Positions 30,891-41,184 of a stretch of DNA of 64,000 nucleotides are shown piece by piece; within the stretch, counting starts at the first letter, position 1, and each line of letters starts with the position of its first letter. The notes beneath the pieces were generated by a model, which made no database searches, was not told the origin of the DNA, and worked only from the letters and a program-made list of their open reading frames with translations. A program made the position numbers and the translations under genes. This DNA is from Bacteroidales bacterium (lineage in GTDB: Bacteria; Bacteroidota; Bacteroidia; Bacteroidales; UBA12077): positions 1 through 64,000 of the forward strand of contig JANQHR010000021.1 in the NCBI GenBank assembly GCA_028282585.1, written 5' to 3'.

Positions 30891-31945
30891 TTGAAGTTAT
30901 CAAGTATTGTTTCTAACCGTATATTGTAGGATTGATTTTTATTAAAATCACCTTCTTCAAAAATCCAATTACCATTTAAATAAACATATCTGCCAGGTTT
31001 CCCATTTACGAGCATTTGGTAGGGATCGGATTGTCCAAATATACATTGGATTTCGTTGACTAAATATTCGCCACTTTGTATTTCAAATAGATCAATAGCA
31101 ACCGACTGAAAATCAAATTGATTAGATAATTCTTTTACGAAATCAAGTAATTGAAGGGGTGGATTATTATAATTTTTTAATAAAGACCCACTGGACTTTT
31201 CATTTTCCTTCATTTTTTTGTGGGCAAAATATGAATTTCCAATTTTAACTGCCCGCCACTCAAAATCATGTGGGATAAATTCCTGTAAAATTACAAGGCC
31301 AACCTGCTTGTCTGAGGCAATTTCCCTATATGTTCTTAGCCTATTTACCAATTCTTTTGGATGGAACAATTTTTGAATAATTCTTTGAATGATTTTGCCT
31401 TTTTTCAATTTAGGGCCTGTTTTTGAAGCAATACCTTTACTAAATGCTTGATGAATATAATTGCTTAAGGATTCTTTTGATTTAATAATTTCAACTCCTT
31501 TTCCCGATGCACCAATATTTATTTTACCAACAATAGGTAAACTTGCTTTTTTAGCTTTATGTAAAGCTTCTTTTTTGTTATAATAAACCCATGTTCTGGG
31601 ATGAGGAATTTCATTTGCTCTTGCCCAATAAGCAAAAAATCTTTTATTTTCATATATACGAACTTCATTATATGAAGGAAATGTTTTGTAATGTAAGTCG
31701 TTTACCAAAATATCCAATCTTTCCTGATAAAGCGAACGGAATGCACTCGTTTTTCCAGATGGTTTTAATAATAAAATATCTGGTTTAAAACTAATAATCT
31801 CATAAAGCCAGTTTTCTTTTGTTAAGTCTATTACTATATAATTAAAAAATTTTTTAAAATCAGTGCAGGCTATTACCCAAGGTTCATGATCGAAAGGATC
31901 TTCATTTTTTAGAATTGCAGCACTAATTTTTTTTATATCGTTCAT
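30887..31945 (-). CDS. ATP-grasp (RimK-like) ligase
   Basis: ENK, IPHPRTW, PIVGK..GASGKGV, LQEFI, AIDL, YLVNEIQ. Confidence 0.85.
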   Translation of the reverse strand: MNDIKKISAAILKNEDPFDHEPWVIACTDFKKFFNYIVIDLTKENWLYEIISFKPDILLLKPSGKTSAFRSLYQERLDILVNDLHYKTFPSYNEVRIYENKRFFAYWARANEIPHPRTWVYYNKKEALHKAKKASLPIVGKINIGASGKGVEIIKSKESLSNYIHQAFSKGIASKTGPKLKKGKIIQRIIQKLFHPKELVNRLRTYREIASDKQVGLVILQEFIPHDFEWRAVKIGNSYFAHKKMKENEKSSGSLLKNYNNPPLQLLDFVKELSNQFDFQSVAIDLFEIQSGEYLVNEIQCIFGQSDPYQMLVNGKPGRYVYLNGNWIFEEGDFNKNQSYNIRLETILDNFK

Positions 31946-33626
31946 ATATTAAATTCAAATTAATTGGATTAGTTAATGGGTGCCAGCTTTTTTCAGTTTT
32001 TTTGTTTTTGGCTTGAATTAATAAATTTGCTAAATGGTTATAATTATGAAGAGCCTTCATTTTAGGTAAAAATCTTTCCAATTCATCTACACAAAAGTGA
32101 TAAAGCCATTCTCCCATAGGAAAATTAGGAGGATAAGTGTCTCTATCGTTAGTAATTAAATAGGATAATCGTTTTATTAAATATTTCATCTTATTATTTA
32201 CGATATCATTTGCGGTATAACTACCCTTTTTAGCGTATGGAATATCTGACAATTCAGATGCTAAATAATGCGTAATTGATATAAAAAACTCTGAATGAAA
32301 AAAACGATTAAAAAAATTCGACTTTTTATTACCATACCAATTACTGTGATTTATCATTATTTCAATGAAATCAATATCCATAAATGGATTAACTACATAT
32401 TTAATATTTTTAGCAAAAACGTTAGAGTCTTGGGAGTGATGGGAGCATCCATAAAACAAAAAAGTGTATACAAATTTCATTTCTTTTGGTTTTAAACTTT
32501 TACCATTATCAAGAAAAACTTTAATTATTTCATAAACTTTTTCCAGATTAATAGTGTCTATATTTACTCCCTTCTGGATCAACTCCTTTGATAAAATATG
32601 GATACACTCAACTTTTGGATTTTTTAGAATTACTTCAAATATTTTCGGAATGGATACATCATCAAAATAAGTTTCTTTGAAGTATTCACCACCAACTAGC
32701 CCGGTAATAATCATTTCAATGTTAGGCTCTTGCTCTAATTCGCTTTTTATAGCATCATTACGATGAGAACGGTGGATATTTATCAAACCATGCCCATACT
32801 CAATTATATCTTGTGCATGATTTTCAAACCAATACCTAGTTGGATTTTCAACGTGATGAAAATGATGTTTTAATTTTATTCTATCTTTAATAATTGATGA
32901 AATGACACCATCGTATGATTTTGGGTTTCCAAAAGTAAAGGAATGAAACTTACGCTTTAACGATAATAAAGCGCTAAGGACCAGTCTACTATCATTGCCG
33001 CCGGTTAATGTAAGAGAAATATTCTTAGGTTCTAAAAAATCGATATATGAGTTAATGATTTGTTTCCATTTGTTAGCGTAGAATTGCGTGGTTTGTTTTA
33101 AGATTCTCCTATTTTTTATTTCGCGAGGAGACCAATAATATTTTATTTCAAACTGACCATTGCTTAATTTTACATATTGAGCAGATTTATTTGTTTCAAG
33201 ATTTTTAAATAAAGTATTGCCATTAAAAAAATGGGATGTTAAAGAAAAAACAGCGACCTGTTCATTATCAATTTCAAGGTTATATTTTTTAGAGATAATG
33301 GATAAGGAATTACTGATGAAAAAATGTTTTCTGTCTCTGTAAATAAAATATTTTCTAATTCCATGACGATCAGAAAATAACTTAAATCCTGTGTCATAAA
33401 AAAGAATAACTACAAAGCTTCCCTTTATATAATTAACAAAATTTTCCTGATATTGATTATATAATTTATGAATTAAATTTTCTTGGCTATAATGCTTAAA
33501 CTGATTATAATACTCTAATCTTGGAACTATGTATCCATCAATAAAAACAGTTGATTTTATATTCGAAGAATACTTCTTAGCGTATGAACCAATTTTATTT
33601 TCGCAACTAGTAATGTACCAATCCAT
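31923..33626 (-). CDS. Divergent asparagine synthetase-like amidoligase
   Basis: SDRHG, LTGGNDSRLVL PP-loop, TFG, TGLVGGE, NPFMD; no N-terminal Cys. ATG at 33626 preferred over TTG at 33641. Confidence 0.75.
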   Translation of the reverse strand: MDWYITSCENKIGSYAKKYSSNIKSTVFIDGYIVPRLEYYNQFKHYSQENLIHKLYNQYQENFVNYIKGSFVVILFYDTGFKLFSDRHGIRKYFIYRDRKHFFISNSLSIISKKYNLEIDNEQVAVFSLTSHFFNGNTLFKNLETNKSAQYVKLSNGQFEIKYYWSPREIKNRRILKQTTQFYANKWKQIINSYIDFLEPKNISLTLTGGNDSRLVLSALLSLKRKFHSFTFGNPKSYDGVISSIIKDRIKLKHHFHHVENPTRYWFENHAQDIIEYGHGLINIHRSHRNDAIKSELEQEPNIEMIITGLVGGEYFKETYFDDVSIPKIFEVILKNPKVECIHILSKELIQKGVNIDTINLEKVYEIIKVFLDNGKSLKPKEMKFVYTFLFYGCSHHSQDSNVFAKNIKYVVNPFMDIDFIEIMINHSNWYGNKKSNFFNRFFHSEFFISITHYLASELSDIPYAKKGSYTANDIVNNKMKYLIKRLSYLITNDRDTYPPNFPMGEWLYHFCVDELERFLPKMKALHNYNHLANLLIQAKNKKTEKSWHPLTNPINLNLIYERYKKN

Positions 33627-33646
33627 AAAATTAAAAAGCAATGGAA

Positions 33647-34882
33647 TTAATTTTGGAATTTTTCAAAGACTATTTGACGTTTTATTCTAATTATAGCTCC
33701 GAATAAAAGAAATAGAAATGACCTGAAACCTATAGAATATATTGATCCAGAGATAGATATTATTAATGATGCAATTAAAACTGACCAAAATGTCGAATTA
33801 AGAAGCCTCATTGCTTTATTCCTGAAATAAAAATCATATTTTATTACTTTTAAGGTTATTGTTAGAAAAAGAATAAAATACAATATACTTCCAACTAAAC
33901 CTGATCCATTCAAAATTATACTATAATCCATATGTAGCATTCGCTTGGTATTAAAAAATGCCCTATCATTAAACATTTCACTTCCAAACAGTATATGTCT
34001 GGTTGATCCATTTAAAAATGCATTTTTAACGGATAAAAACTCCCAGTATCTTCCTTCCTTTTCAAGATCTTCTTCCTCATCAATACGAATAAATTCTTCT
34101 CTTGCACGAAATCTATCAGTTAAAACATTTCTATAAATAGGAAGCAACAAGATAAGAAATAATGTTCCATAGATTAGAAACTTTGAGTATTTTAATTTAT
34201 ATGGAGTAAGAATGTAGTAGATAAACAATCCAATAAATAAAGCACCAATGGCGGTTCTTTTCAAACCTATAAGGATGACTAAAACTCCAATAAAAAATAA
34301 ATAATAGTAAAATCTGTGAATCCTTGTTTTCGAAAAATGCAATAAAATTGGAAATACAAGTATAATCTGTACAATGTATTTTGTTATATTTACTTTTGCC
34401 GACCCAAAATAGAAAGAATCTTCTAAATATGTAGATCCCCCCAGCTTAAATATATTTGCAATAAGAATATTAACAAAAATTAATACTAATGTAAAGTAAT
34501 AAACTTTAGTAAGATGGACTAATTTTTCAATTTGATTAATAAAAATATAACCAATCGGGAACATTAGTAATGATATCAAATATTTTAAATACAGATTTAA
34601 AGAACTAATAAAATCGGTAGAAAATAATAAGATAATAAGCAATATATAGATTGAATAGAACAGTATATAAACTGAAATACGCTCTCTGGTATAATAATGA
34701 GTTATAACGTATAATTGAAAACCAAGTAAAAACAATGCTCTTAACCCTCCAGGACTTAATATTCCTGGAGAAAAATAATTTGTGGTCAGATCAACTATTA
34801 TGTTGATAATAGGAATTGCAAAAACAATATTATTTAGTCTTTTAGTCACTTGATTGATATATTTTATTGTATAGCGTATCAA
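33647..34882 (-). CDS. wzy: Wzy polymerase / O-antigen ligase family
   Basis: About 10-11 TMs; KRTA, R....A....ILFG, LHMDY..IL..SGLVG; true start may be GTG at 34849. Confidence 0.75.
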   Translation of the reverse strand: MIRYTIKYINQVTKRLNNIVFAIPIINIIVDLTTNYFSPGILSPGGLRALFLLGFQLYVITHYYTRERISVYILFYSIYILLIILLFSTDFISSLNLYLKYLISLLMFPIGYIFINQIEKLVHLTKVYYFTLVLIFVNILIANIFKLGGSTYLEDSFYFGSAKVNITKYIVQIILVFPILLHFSKTRIHRFYYYLFFIGVLVILIGLKRTAIGALFIGLFIYYILTPYKLKYSKFLIYGTLFLILLLPIYRNVLTDRFRAREEFIRIDEEEDLEKEGRYWEFLSVKNAFLNGSTRHILFGSEMFNDRAFFNTKRMLHMDYSIILNGSGLVGSILYFILFLTITLKVIKYDFYFRNKAMRLLNSTFWSVLIASLIISISGSIYSIGFRSFLFLLFGAIIRIKRQIVFEKFQN

Positions 34883-36056
34883 TTTTTATATCAGAATATT
34901 GTTCCTCAATCGTAATTCTGCTCTGCGATGAAATCAAATCCTTTTTTTTATTATCATGTTCTATTTCATCAATAATTTTGACATATTCTTGAACATTATT
35001 ATTCTTTATCAGAAAACCATTTACTTTATGGTTAATTATTTTATTTGTAACATCATCAATTAAATTCACTAAGCAAATTAAAGAACATGACATTGCTTCT
35101 AATAATGCATTTGGCATTCCTTCTCTTCGAGAAGGGAATATAAAATAGTCAGCGATTTGCATATATTCGTATATAGCATCAGAATAATCAATTATTTTTA
35201 TAGACCTTTTATTAAAATTTCTTTCAAACTTTTTATGAAAGTGCTTTCCCTCTTCGGTATTAGTATTTCCGATTATTATGAATTGGGCTTTATCAAAGTC
35301 TTTAGCCAATAAAGAGTATACATCAAAAAGAACATCTGCTCCTTTTCTTTTTCTTAAAGCTCCAACAAATAAAAAGATTGGTTTCTTATTAAAAGAAATC
35401 CCCAATTTTTCCTTCAAATTTTTTTTGTCAAATTCATTTAGCATTTTGAATTTTTGTGTGTTGATTGAAGATGGTATTATTAAAACCTTTTCATTATTTA
35501 ATCCAGCTAAATCAAAACTATTATACAATTGTTGGGAGTTTACTAAAATTTGATCGGCATTTTTTATTTGCCAAAGCCAGATTTTCCTCTTAAAAGTATT
35601 GTATACTTTTTTTTTTCTTATCGTGTATGGATCATCATGCCCATTTAAAGTTAAACTAAGAATTATTTTCTTATTGAGGATTTTACTATATAACATAGTA
35701 TAAAAAGTAGTCCAATTTATTGAAAACAAATGAATAATATCAAATTTGTTTTTCTTAAAAAGCAATATAAAAAAAATAGTTATTATTAAGTGGATATTCT
35801 CTAAAATAAATGATATTACACTAATCAAAGATTTTGTATGCTTATCTTTTTTTATAGCTTCTTCTTTAATTGGGGCTATCGGGATGATTTTACTCCCTAA
35901 TACTGATTTTTTTGTATCCAACTTGGTTCTTGTCAAAAGAAAGGCAAGCCTATCATTTTTATTAAGCCTTAACGCAAGATTGTAAGCTCTTCTTCCGGCT
36001 CCACTGGGATAAGGTGGGATAGCAATACTCAAAATGCAAACTCTTCCATGTGCCAT
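34842..36056 (-). CDS. GT4 glycosyltransferase
   Basis: SGAGRR, FVG...RKG, PSRREGMPNALLEAMS. Confidence 0.92.
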   Translation of the reverse strand: MAHGRVCILSIAIPPYPSGAGRRAYNLALRLNKNDRLAFLLTRTKLDTKKSVLGSKIIPIAPIKEEAIKKDKHTKSLISVISFILENIHLIITIFFILLFKKNKFDIIHLFSINWTTFYTMLYSKILNKKIILSLTLNGHDDPYTIRKKKVYNTFKRKIWLWQIKNADQILVNSQQLYNSFDLAGLNNEKVLIIPSSINTQKFKMLNEFDKKNLKEKLGISFNKKPIFLFVGALRKRKGADVLFDVYSLLAKDFDKAQFIIIGNTNTEEGKHFHKKFERNFNKRSIKIIDYSDAIYEYMQIADYFIFPSRREGMPNALLEAMSCSLICLVNLIDDVTNKIINHKVNGFLIKNNNVQEYVKIIDEIEHDNKKKDLISSQSRITIEEQYSDIKIDTLYNKIYQSSD

Positions 36057-36058
36057 AG

Positions 36059-37522
36059 TTATTCTTTAAGCTTAACTTTATTTAATTTACTAATCCCTTT
36101 TTTTATTTGTAATAATGTAGGAATCGAAAATAGTATATATACTAAAAGACTAATTATTGAATAACCAATAATTTGTGATTTCGAAGGATTATTCACAATG
36201 TACTTTGAAAAAAACAAAAAGTAATAAAATTGAAGTAACAATAAATGATAAATTGGGAACAGATTTAGCCTTAAAGTAATTTTTGATTTTTCCTTTATGT
36301 TAAAAATCTTAAGATTATAAACCGTATTTGTCAAATACAACAAGAAGAAAGAAATAAGAGTGCTATATGCGATTCCATTAATTCCATAATACTCAGAAAG
36401 AAAAAAATTCAATAAAATATTAAAAACTAAAAAGAAAACCATTATTTTCAAAAGCAGATGATGCTTATTTATAGTATTTAATGTATTAATTACTCCAAAA
36501 ATTTGACTTGCAATAATTATAAAGGAAATTTGAATTGAATCCATATACTCCGGAAGGAAAATAACAATTACAACCGAAAAAGGTATTAAAATTAATCCAG
36601 AAAAGAAACTTGTTGCATCACTTGCAAATCTTGAAGCGTCATAGGTTATCTCAAATAATTTCGAATAATCTGATCTGTCTCTTCCAAAAATAAAATGTTG
36701 CCTTTGAAATAATACTCCTTCAATAGTTTTTCTTATACCTACAAAAACGGTAACAAGAGTAAAAGCAAAAGCATAATAACCAACGTCTTCTAAATGCAAC
36801 TTTATACTGGCAATAATTCTATCGGTATTAAAAAAGCTAGTGTATATAAAACCTTGAATTGCTAAAGGAATACCAAGTTTAATAATGCTAATTAATAGAG
36901 GTTTATTGAAAGAAAACTTAAATTTGAATTTTGATAAAATAACAGTTATTAAACTAATTAATATGGCTACCGCTAATGCTGCAAAAATTCTACCATTTAA
37001 TTTAAAAAGATAAACCAATGGTATGATAATAATAAATGAAATGATAGATTTAATTATTGTTATTCTCGCATTTAATTTATGTTTTTCATATGCATTATTA
37101 ATTCTAATCAAATAGATCTGATATGCTTGAAAAAATCCTATAAGCCCGGCAATCGGAACAAGGAATGAATATGGTTTGTTTAAAAATAGGCTTGTAATTA
37201 AGATTAGAATTAGTATTGCCAGTGGTAAAAAAAATTGTATTAAATGAACGTTTTCTATTATCTTTTTGGACCTGTAATAATCTTTTGCTCCTAATGAATT
37301 TCCTAATTCTTTTGTTAAAGCTAGTGATGAACCTAAACTTGTATATGGAAAATAGCTAAGAACAATTTTAATTATTACCCAAATTCCCAGTAGTTCTGGC
37401 CCAAGAAGTTTTGATACAATAACGGCCGTAGCAAAACCTAGCAATTCCATTACGATATGGCTCAAATATTTATGGAATGTAGCCTGTAAAAATGAGTTGG
37501 AATTTATTGTGATGTTTTTCAA
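36059..37522 (-). CDS. wzx: Wzx flippase
   Basis: About 12-14 TMs; KLLGPE..G, DRII, VGYYAFA, YGINGIAYST. Confidence 0.88.
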   Translation of the reverse strand: MKNITINSNSFLQATFHKYLSHIVMELLGFATAVIVSKLLGPELLGIWVIIKIVLSYFPYTSLGSSLALTKELGNSLGAKDYYRSKKIIENVHLIQFFLPLAILILILITSLFLNKPYSFLVPIAGLIGFFQAYQIYLIRINNAYEKHKLNARITIIKSIISFIIIIPLVYLFKLNGRIFAALAVAILISLITVILSKFKFKFSFNKPLLISIIKLGIPLAIQGFIYTSFFNTDRIIASIKLHLEDVGYYAFAFTLVTVFVGIRKTIEGVLFQRQHFIFGRDRSDYSKLFEITYDASRFASDATSFFSGLILIPFSVVIVIFLPEYMDSIQISFIIIASQIFGVINTLNTINKHHLLLKIMVFFLVFNILLNFFLSEYYGINGIAYSTLISFFLLYLTNTVYNLKIFNIKEKSKITLRLNLFPIYHLLLLQFYYFLFFSKYIVNNPSKSQIIGYSIISLLVYILFSIPTLLQIKKGISKLNKVKLKE

Positions 37523-37532
37523 TTACTTATTT

Positions 37533-39380
37533 TTAAAAGATAAAGTTTTTAAACCATAGTACCAGTTGAAACAAGTTCCAAATTTGCGAAGAATAATTCT
37601 TGTTGCTTAGAAAATGCTGGTTTTTAAGAAAATCTATTGCACCAATATTAAAAATCTCAGTTTTTGATAACATTTCATAATTTAGAACTGAATCAATTTG
37701 TTTTTTAAAATCATTCTGAAACCACGCATTTATTGGAACATTAAAACCATGTTGTTTTTTATTCAAAGTTTCGGCTGGTAGGATATCTTTAAATGCCTCT
37801 CGCAATAATATTTTAGAAGAATTTTTGTTAACTTTATATTGATAGGGTATAGATGCGGTTAATTCTATTAACTCATGATCTAAATATGGAACTCTTGCTT
37901 CTAGGCTACTTCCCATTGTTGTTTTATCAACTTTTAAAAGAAGGTCTTCTAACATCCAAGTATTCATATCATAATAGAACCTACTATCCATTCGGTCAAA
38001 GCTTTTCGCATTATCCAGAATCAATTTCTTTTTTGATTCAATTTTTGAAAAACTCAATTTATTGTTAATATTTTCGACAAGCAGTTTCTCTTTTGTGATA
38101 GTTGAATCAAAAAAACTATAATTGAAAAGATTAATCAGGTCAAGATCGTTTTTACAACTTAATAAACGTTTAGTTTTTTTTAATTTCCTGTTTAAAGGGG
38201 GAAGTAGATTCGAAATAAAACCGTATTTACCAACATACTTAGAATATTTAAGAAATTTGATATAAGATTTATAACCCCCATTTGTTTCATCAGAACCTTC
38301 ACCAGTAAGCACAACTGTAGTAAATTGCTTTGCTTTCTCTGATAATAAAAATGTTGGAATTACCGCTGGATCATGTATAGGTTCTTCTAAATGCCATAAA
38401 ATATCTTCTAACTTCTCAATATTAATTGGATCTACTTGAAAGCTATGATGATTACTATTAAAGTGTTTTGAAACAACCTCTGCATCATGATTTTCATCGA
38501 TAGGCTTACCTATCCCAAAATGAACATTAAAGGTTTCAACTGGATTTGTAACAAGTTTACTTATAACACCAAGTAATATAGATGAATCCAATCCACCACT
38601 TAAATATAATCCCAACGGAACATCACTATTAAGGTGTAAATTTATTGTTTCGGTTATTTTTTTTCTAAGAATTTTAGCACTTTCTTCAAAACTGATATTA
38701 CTTTTCTTTGAAAAATCATAATCCCAGTATTTACAAATTTTAAATTTATTGTCTTTAATGAGAATAAAACTTCCAGCATTCAATTTGTAAATATTTTCAA
38801 ATACAGTTTCTGGCCCAAGTACATATCTGTTTGCGATATATTCAAATATTTCCTGAAAATTTGGCATTGCTGAAATTTCAGGATGTTTTAAAAGAGATTT
38901 TATTTCAGAAGCAAATACTAGCGAATTATTGTTTTTATAATAATAAAGAGGCTTAATGCCAACTCGGTCTCGGGCAACGATTAATTGTCTTAAGTTATTA
39001 TCCCATAATGCAAAAGCAAACATTCCCCTCAATTTCGCTATACAATCTAATCCATACTTCTCATATAAAAATAAGACAACCTCAACGTCAGACTTGGTTT
39101 TAAAAATATACCCATCTTTAATAAGTTCATCTTTTAAAAGTTTGTAGTTATAAATTTCTCCATTAAGTATGATACATTTATCTTTTTTTTCATTGTATAT
39201 AGGTTGATCACCTGTATTCAAGTCAATTATGCTTAATCTTCTAAAACCAAGGCTTACATTCTCATTTTGATAGAAACCAGATGAATCAGGGCCACGATGC
39301 ACTATTTCATCTGTCATTCTTTTAACAACAGCAGGTTCTATATATCCTGAAAATTTGTATTCTCCTACAATACCGCACAT
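37533..39380 (-). CDS. asnB: Asparagine synthase (glutamine-hydrolysing) family amidotransferase, capsule-associated
   Basis: MCGIVG, HRGPD, NGEIYN, SGGLDSS, TGEGSDE, EARVPYLD. Confidence 0.95.
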   Translation of the reverse strand: MCGIVGEYKFSGYIEPAVVKRMTDEIVHRGPDSSGFYQNENVSLGFRRLSIIDLNTGDQPIYNEKKDKCIILNGEIYNYKLLKDELIKDGYIFKTKSDVEVVLFLYEKYGLDCIAKLRGMFAFALWDNNLRQLIVARDRVGIKPLYYYKNNNSLVFASEIKSLLKHPEISAMPNFQEIFEYIANRYVLGPETVFENIYKLNAGSFILIKDNKFKICKYWDYDFSKKSNISFEESAKILRKKITETINLHLNSDVPLGLYLSGGLDSSILLGVISKLVTNPVETFNVHFGIGKPIDENHDAEVVSKHFNSNHHSFQVDPINIEKLEDILWHLEEPIHDPAVIPTFLLSEKAKQFTTVVLTGEGSDETNGGYKSYIKFLKYSKYVGKYGFISNLLPPLNRKLKKTKRLLSCKNDLDLINLFNYSFFDSTITKEKLLVENINNKLSFSKIESKKKLILDNAKSFDRMDSRFYYDMNTWMLEDLLLKVDKTTMGSSLEARVPYLDHELIELTASIPYQYKVNKNSSKILLREAFKDILPAETLNKKQHGFNVPINAWFQNDFKKQIDSVLNYEMLSKTEIFNIGAIDFLKNQHFLSNKNYSSQIWNLFQLVLWFKNFIF

Positions 39381-41180
39381 TTAAGTATTATTTAAAAGTT
39401 TTTTCCAATGATTAATTGATTCTTCGCCCTTATAATTAAAAGCATCATTTAAAAATTTTTGTTTAGTTTCATTTGGTATTTTTTTACCACCTCGAATATC
39501 TTTAATACACATTAATATTTCCTCAATACTTTCAGTATAGTGTGCTACATTATGTTTTGCATAGTCAGTAAATATCCATTCAAATATATCATTCGTGAAC
39601 AAATTATACTGAATTATTTCAAGATCCAAAGATAAAGCATCAAGGCCTATCGAAGATGTTGAAAAAATTAATATATCAGATTCGATTAAATTCTTAATAC
39701 TATCTCTTTGGGAAATACTAATATTTTTATTTTTAAAACAATTTTTCCAGAAGCCAATTTCATGAGCAGGGTGGACTTGTAAATGAATTTTATAGCCTAA
39801 TTTATACAATTCATTAATTAGATCATTAATAAAATAATACTCTTCATAGCCCATAAAATTATTTTGTAGATGGCTCCAGAAATATTCATCAGTTGGATTT
39901 TTTAATGCAGGAGGGTAGTAAGGTGTTGCAATTACAATTTGTTCAGAATTTTCATCCGAAGGGCTTTTATTGGTTGATGGAATTAATGCATTTCCTAAAA
40001 CATGAATTTTTGATTTATTCAAATCATCTATATACAACCTTTTAGTTAATGTTCCCCAAGCTGCATATATATCGGAGTAAATAATGTCATTTTTATATCT
40101 TATTTTATTAAATACACCATGCTCAACTACAATTGATTTACAGTTATTTATACGCGCAAGTGCAATTAATAATTGCTGGCTAAAAGATAAATAATTATTT
40201 AGAATGATTATATCAGGAGAAATTTTTTTAAAAATATATCTATAATAAACTATATCAATTAACTGTATTTTGATTCGATTCAATGTTTTATTAATAAAAA
40301 CCGAGGATAGGCCCGAAATTAATTCTTTCGGTAAATTCAGGTCATTAGCAATAAAATTGATTAGATCTTGCTTAATATTCCTGATGATTTCCTTGTAATC
40401 ATTATTAGCTTTTCTTTTATATAAATTCAAGAACAAGAATTTGATAAGATTTGGTTCAATACTCAAAATGTTTTTATACGTCCTTGAAGCACTTGATCCA
40501 ATTAAAATTCCTTTGTGATTTGAATCTACTAGCTTATTTACTATTGGTGTTGTGTTTCTATGATCTTGAAAAAGGATTCTTTTTCTTTTTGTTATTTTAA
40601 GTATTAAAAATAGAAAGTTAAATGTGTTTCGAAGGATTTTAAGTACAGCATTAATTTTTCTGAGGAAATTGTCCTTAAAAGTATTTTCAAAACTATTTTT
40701 TAACTCAACATTTTGAAATAAAAATTCAATTTTATTCTTTAATAAAAACTCTTGTAAACTTGCAGAAAAGTTATCTTTATTTGAGACATAATGTATAGAA
40801 GCATCACTGTTTGTTTTATCAATTATATATTGAAATAATAGAGCTCGTGATATTATATGCGAGATGGCTGGTGCAAAATAAACTTCATTTAATTCCAATA
40901 AATTAAAGTTTTTATAAATGGCTTTTTGATATTGTGAATAAAAAATCCGCAATCTATTCCAAGCATAATCAGGGTCAACATTTCTATTAGAATCTTTAAG
41001 AATTTCTTCGAAGCTAATTTTACGATTATATTTTATTCCAATTTTATCAAATGTACTTGCGTCGGTTGGACTAAAATATATTATAGCCTCATAAGTTTTT
41101 CTTAATAGATTCTTTGAAAGTAGATTTAAATAGTGCTTAAATGAAATATTAGGGTCAATTATAAGGTATTGCATTATCAA
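39381..41180 (-). CDS. Putative GT-B nonulosonate/capsule glycosyltransferase
   Basis: EHG, WG, VHP and STSS...DAL motifs of sialyl-/Kdo-/CDP-glycerol-transferase-like proteins; next to NulO genes. Confidence 0.55.
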   Translation of the reverse strand: MIMQYLIIDPNISFKHYLNLLSKNLLRKTYEAIIYFSPTDASTFDKIGIKYNRKISFEEILKDSNRNVDPDYAWNRLRIFYSQYQKAIYKNFNLLELNEVYFAPAISHIISRALLFQYIIDKTNSDASIHYVSNKDNFSASLQEFLLKNKIEFLFQNVELKNSFENTFKDNFLRKINAVLKILRNTFNFLFLILKITKRKRILFQDHRNTTPIVNKLVDSNHKGILIGSSASRTYKNILSIEPNLIKFLFLNLYKRKANNDYKEIIRNIKQDLINFIANDLNLPKELISGLSSVFINKTLNRIKIQLIDIVYYRYIFKKISPDIIILNNYLSFSQQLLIALARINNCKSIVVEHGVFNKIRYKNDIIYSDIYAAWGTLTKRLYIDDLNKSKIHVLGNALIPSTNKSPSDENSEQIVIATPYYPPALKNPTDEYFWSHLQNNFMGYEEYYFINDLINELYKLGYKIHLQVHPAHEIGFWKNCFKNKNISISQRDSIKNLIESDILIFSTSSIGLDALSLDLEIIQYNLFTNDIFEWIFTDYAKHNVAHYTESIEEILMCIKDIRGGKKIPNETKQKFLNDAFNYKGEESINHWKKLLNNT

Positions 41181-41184
41181 TATC

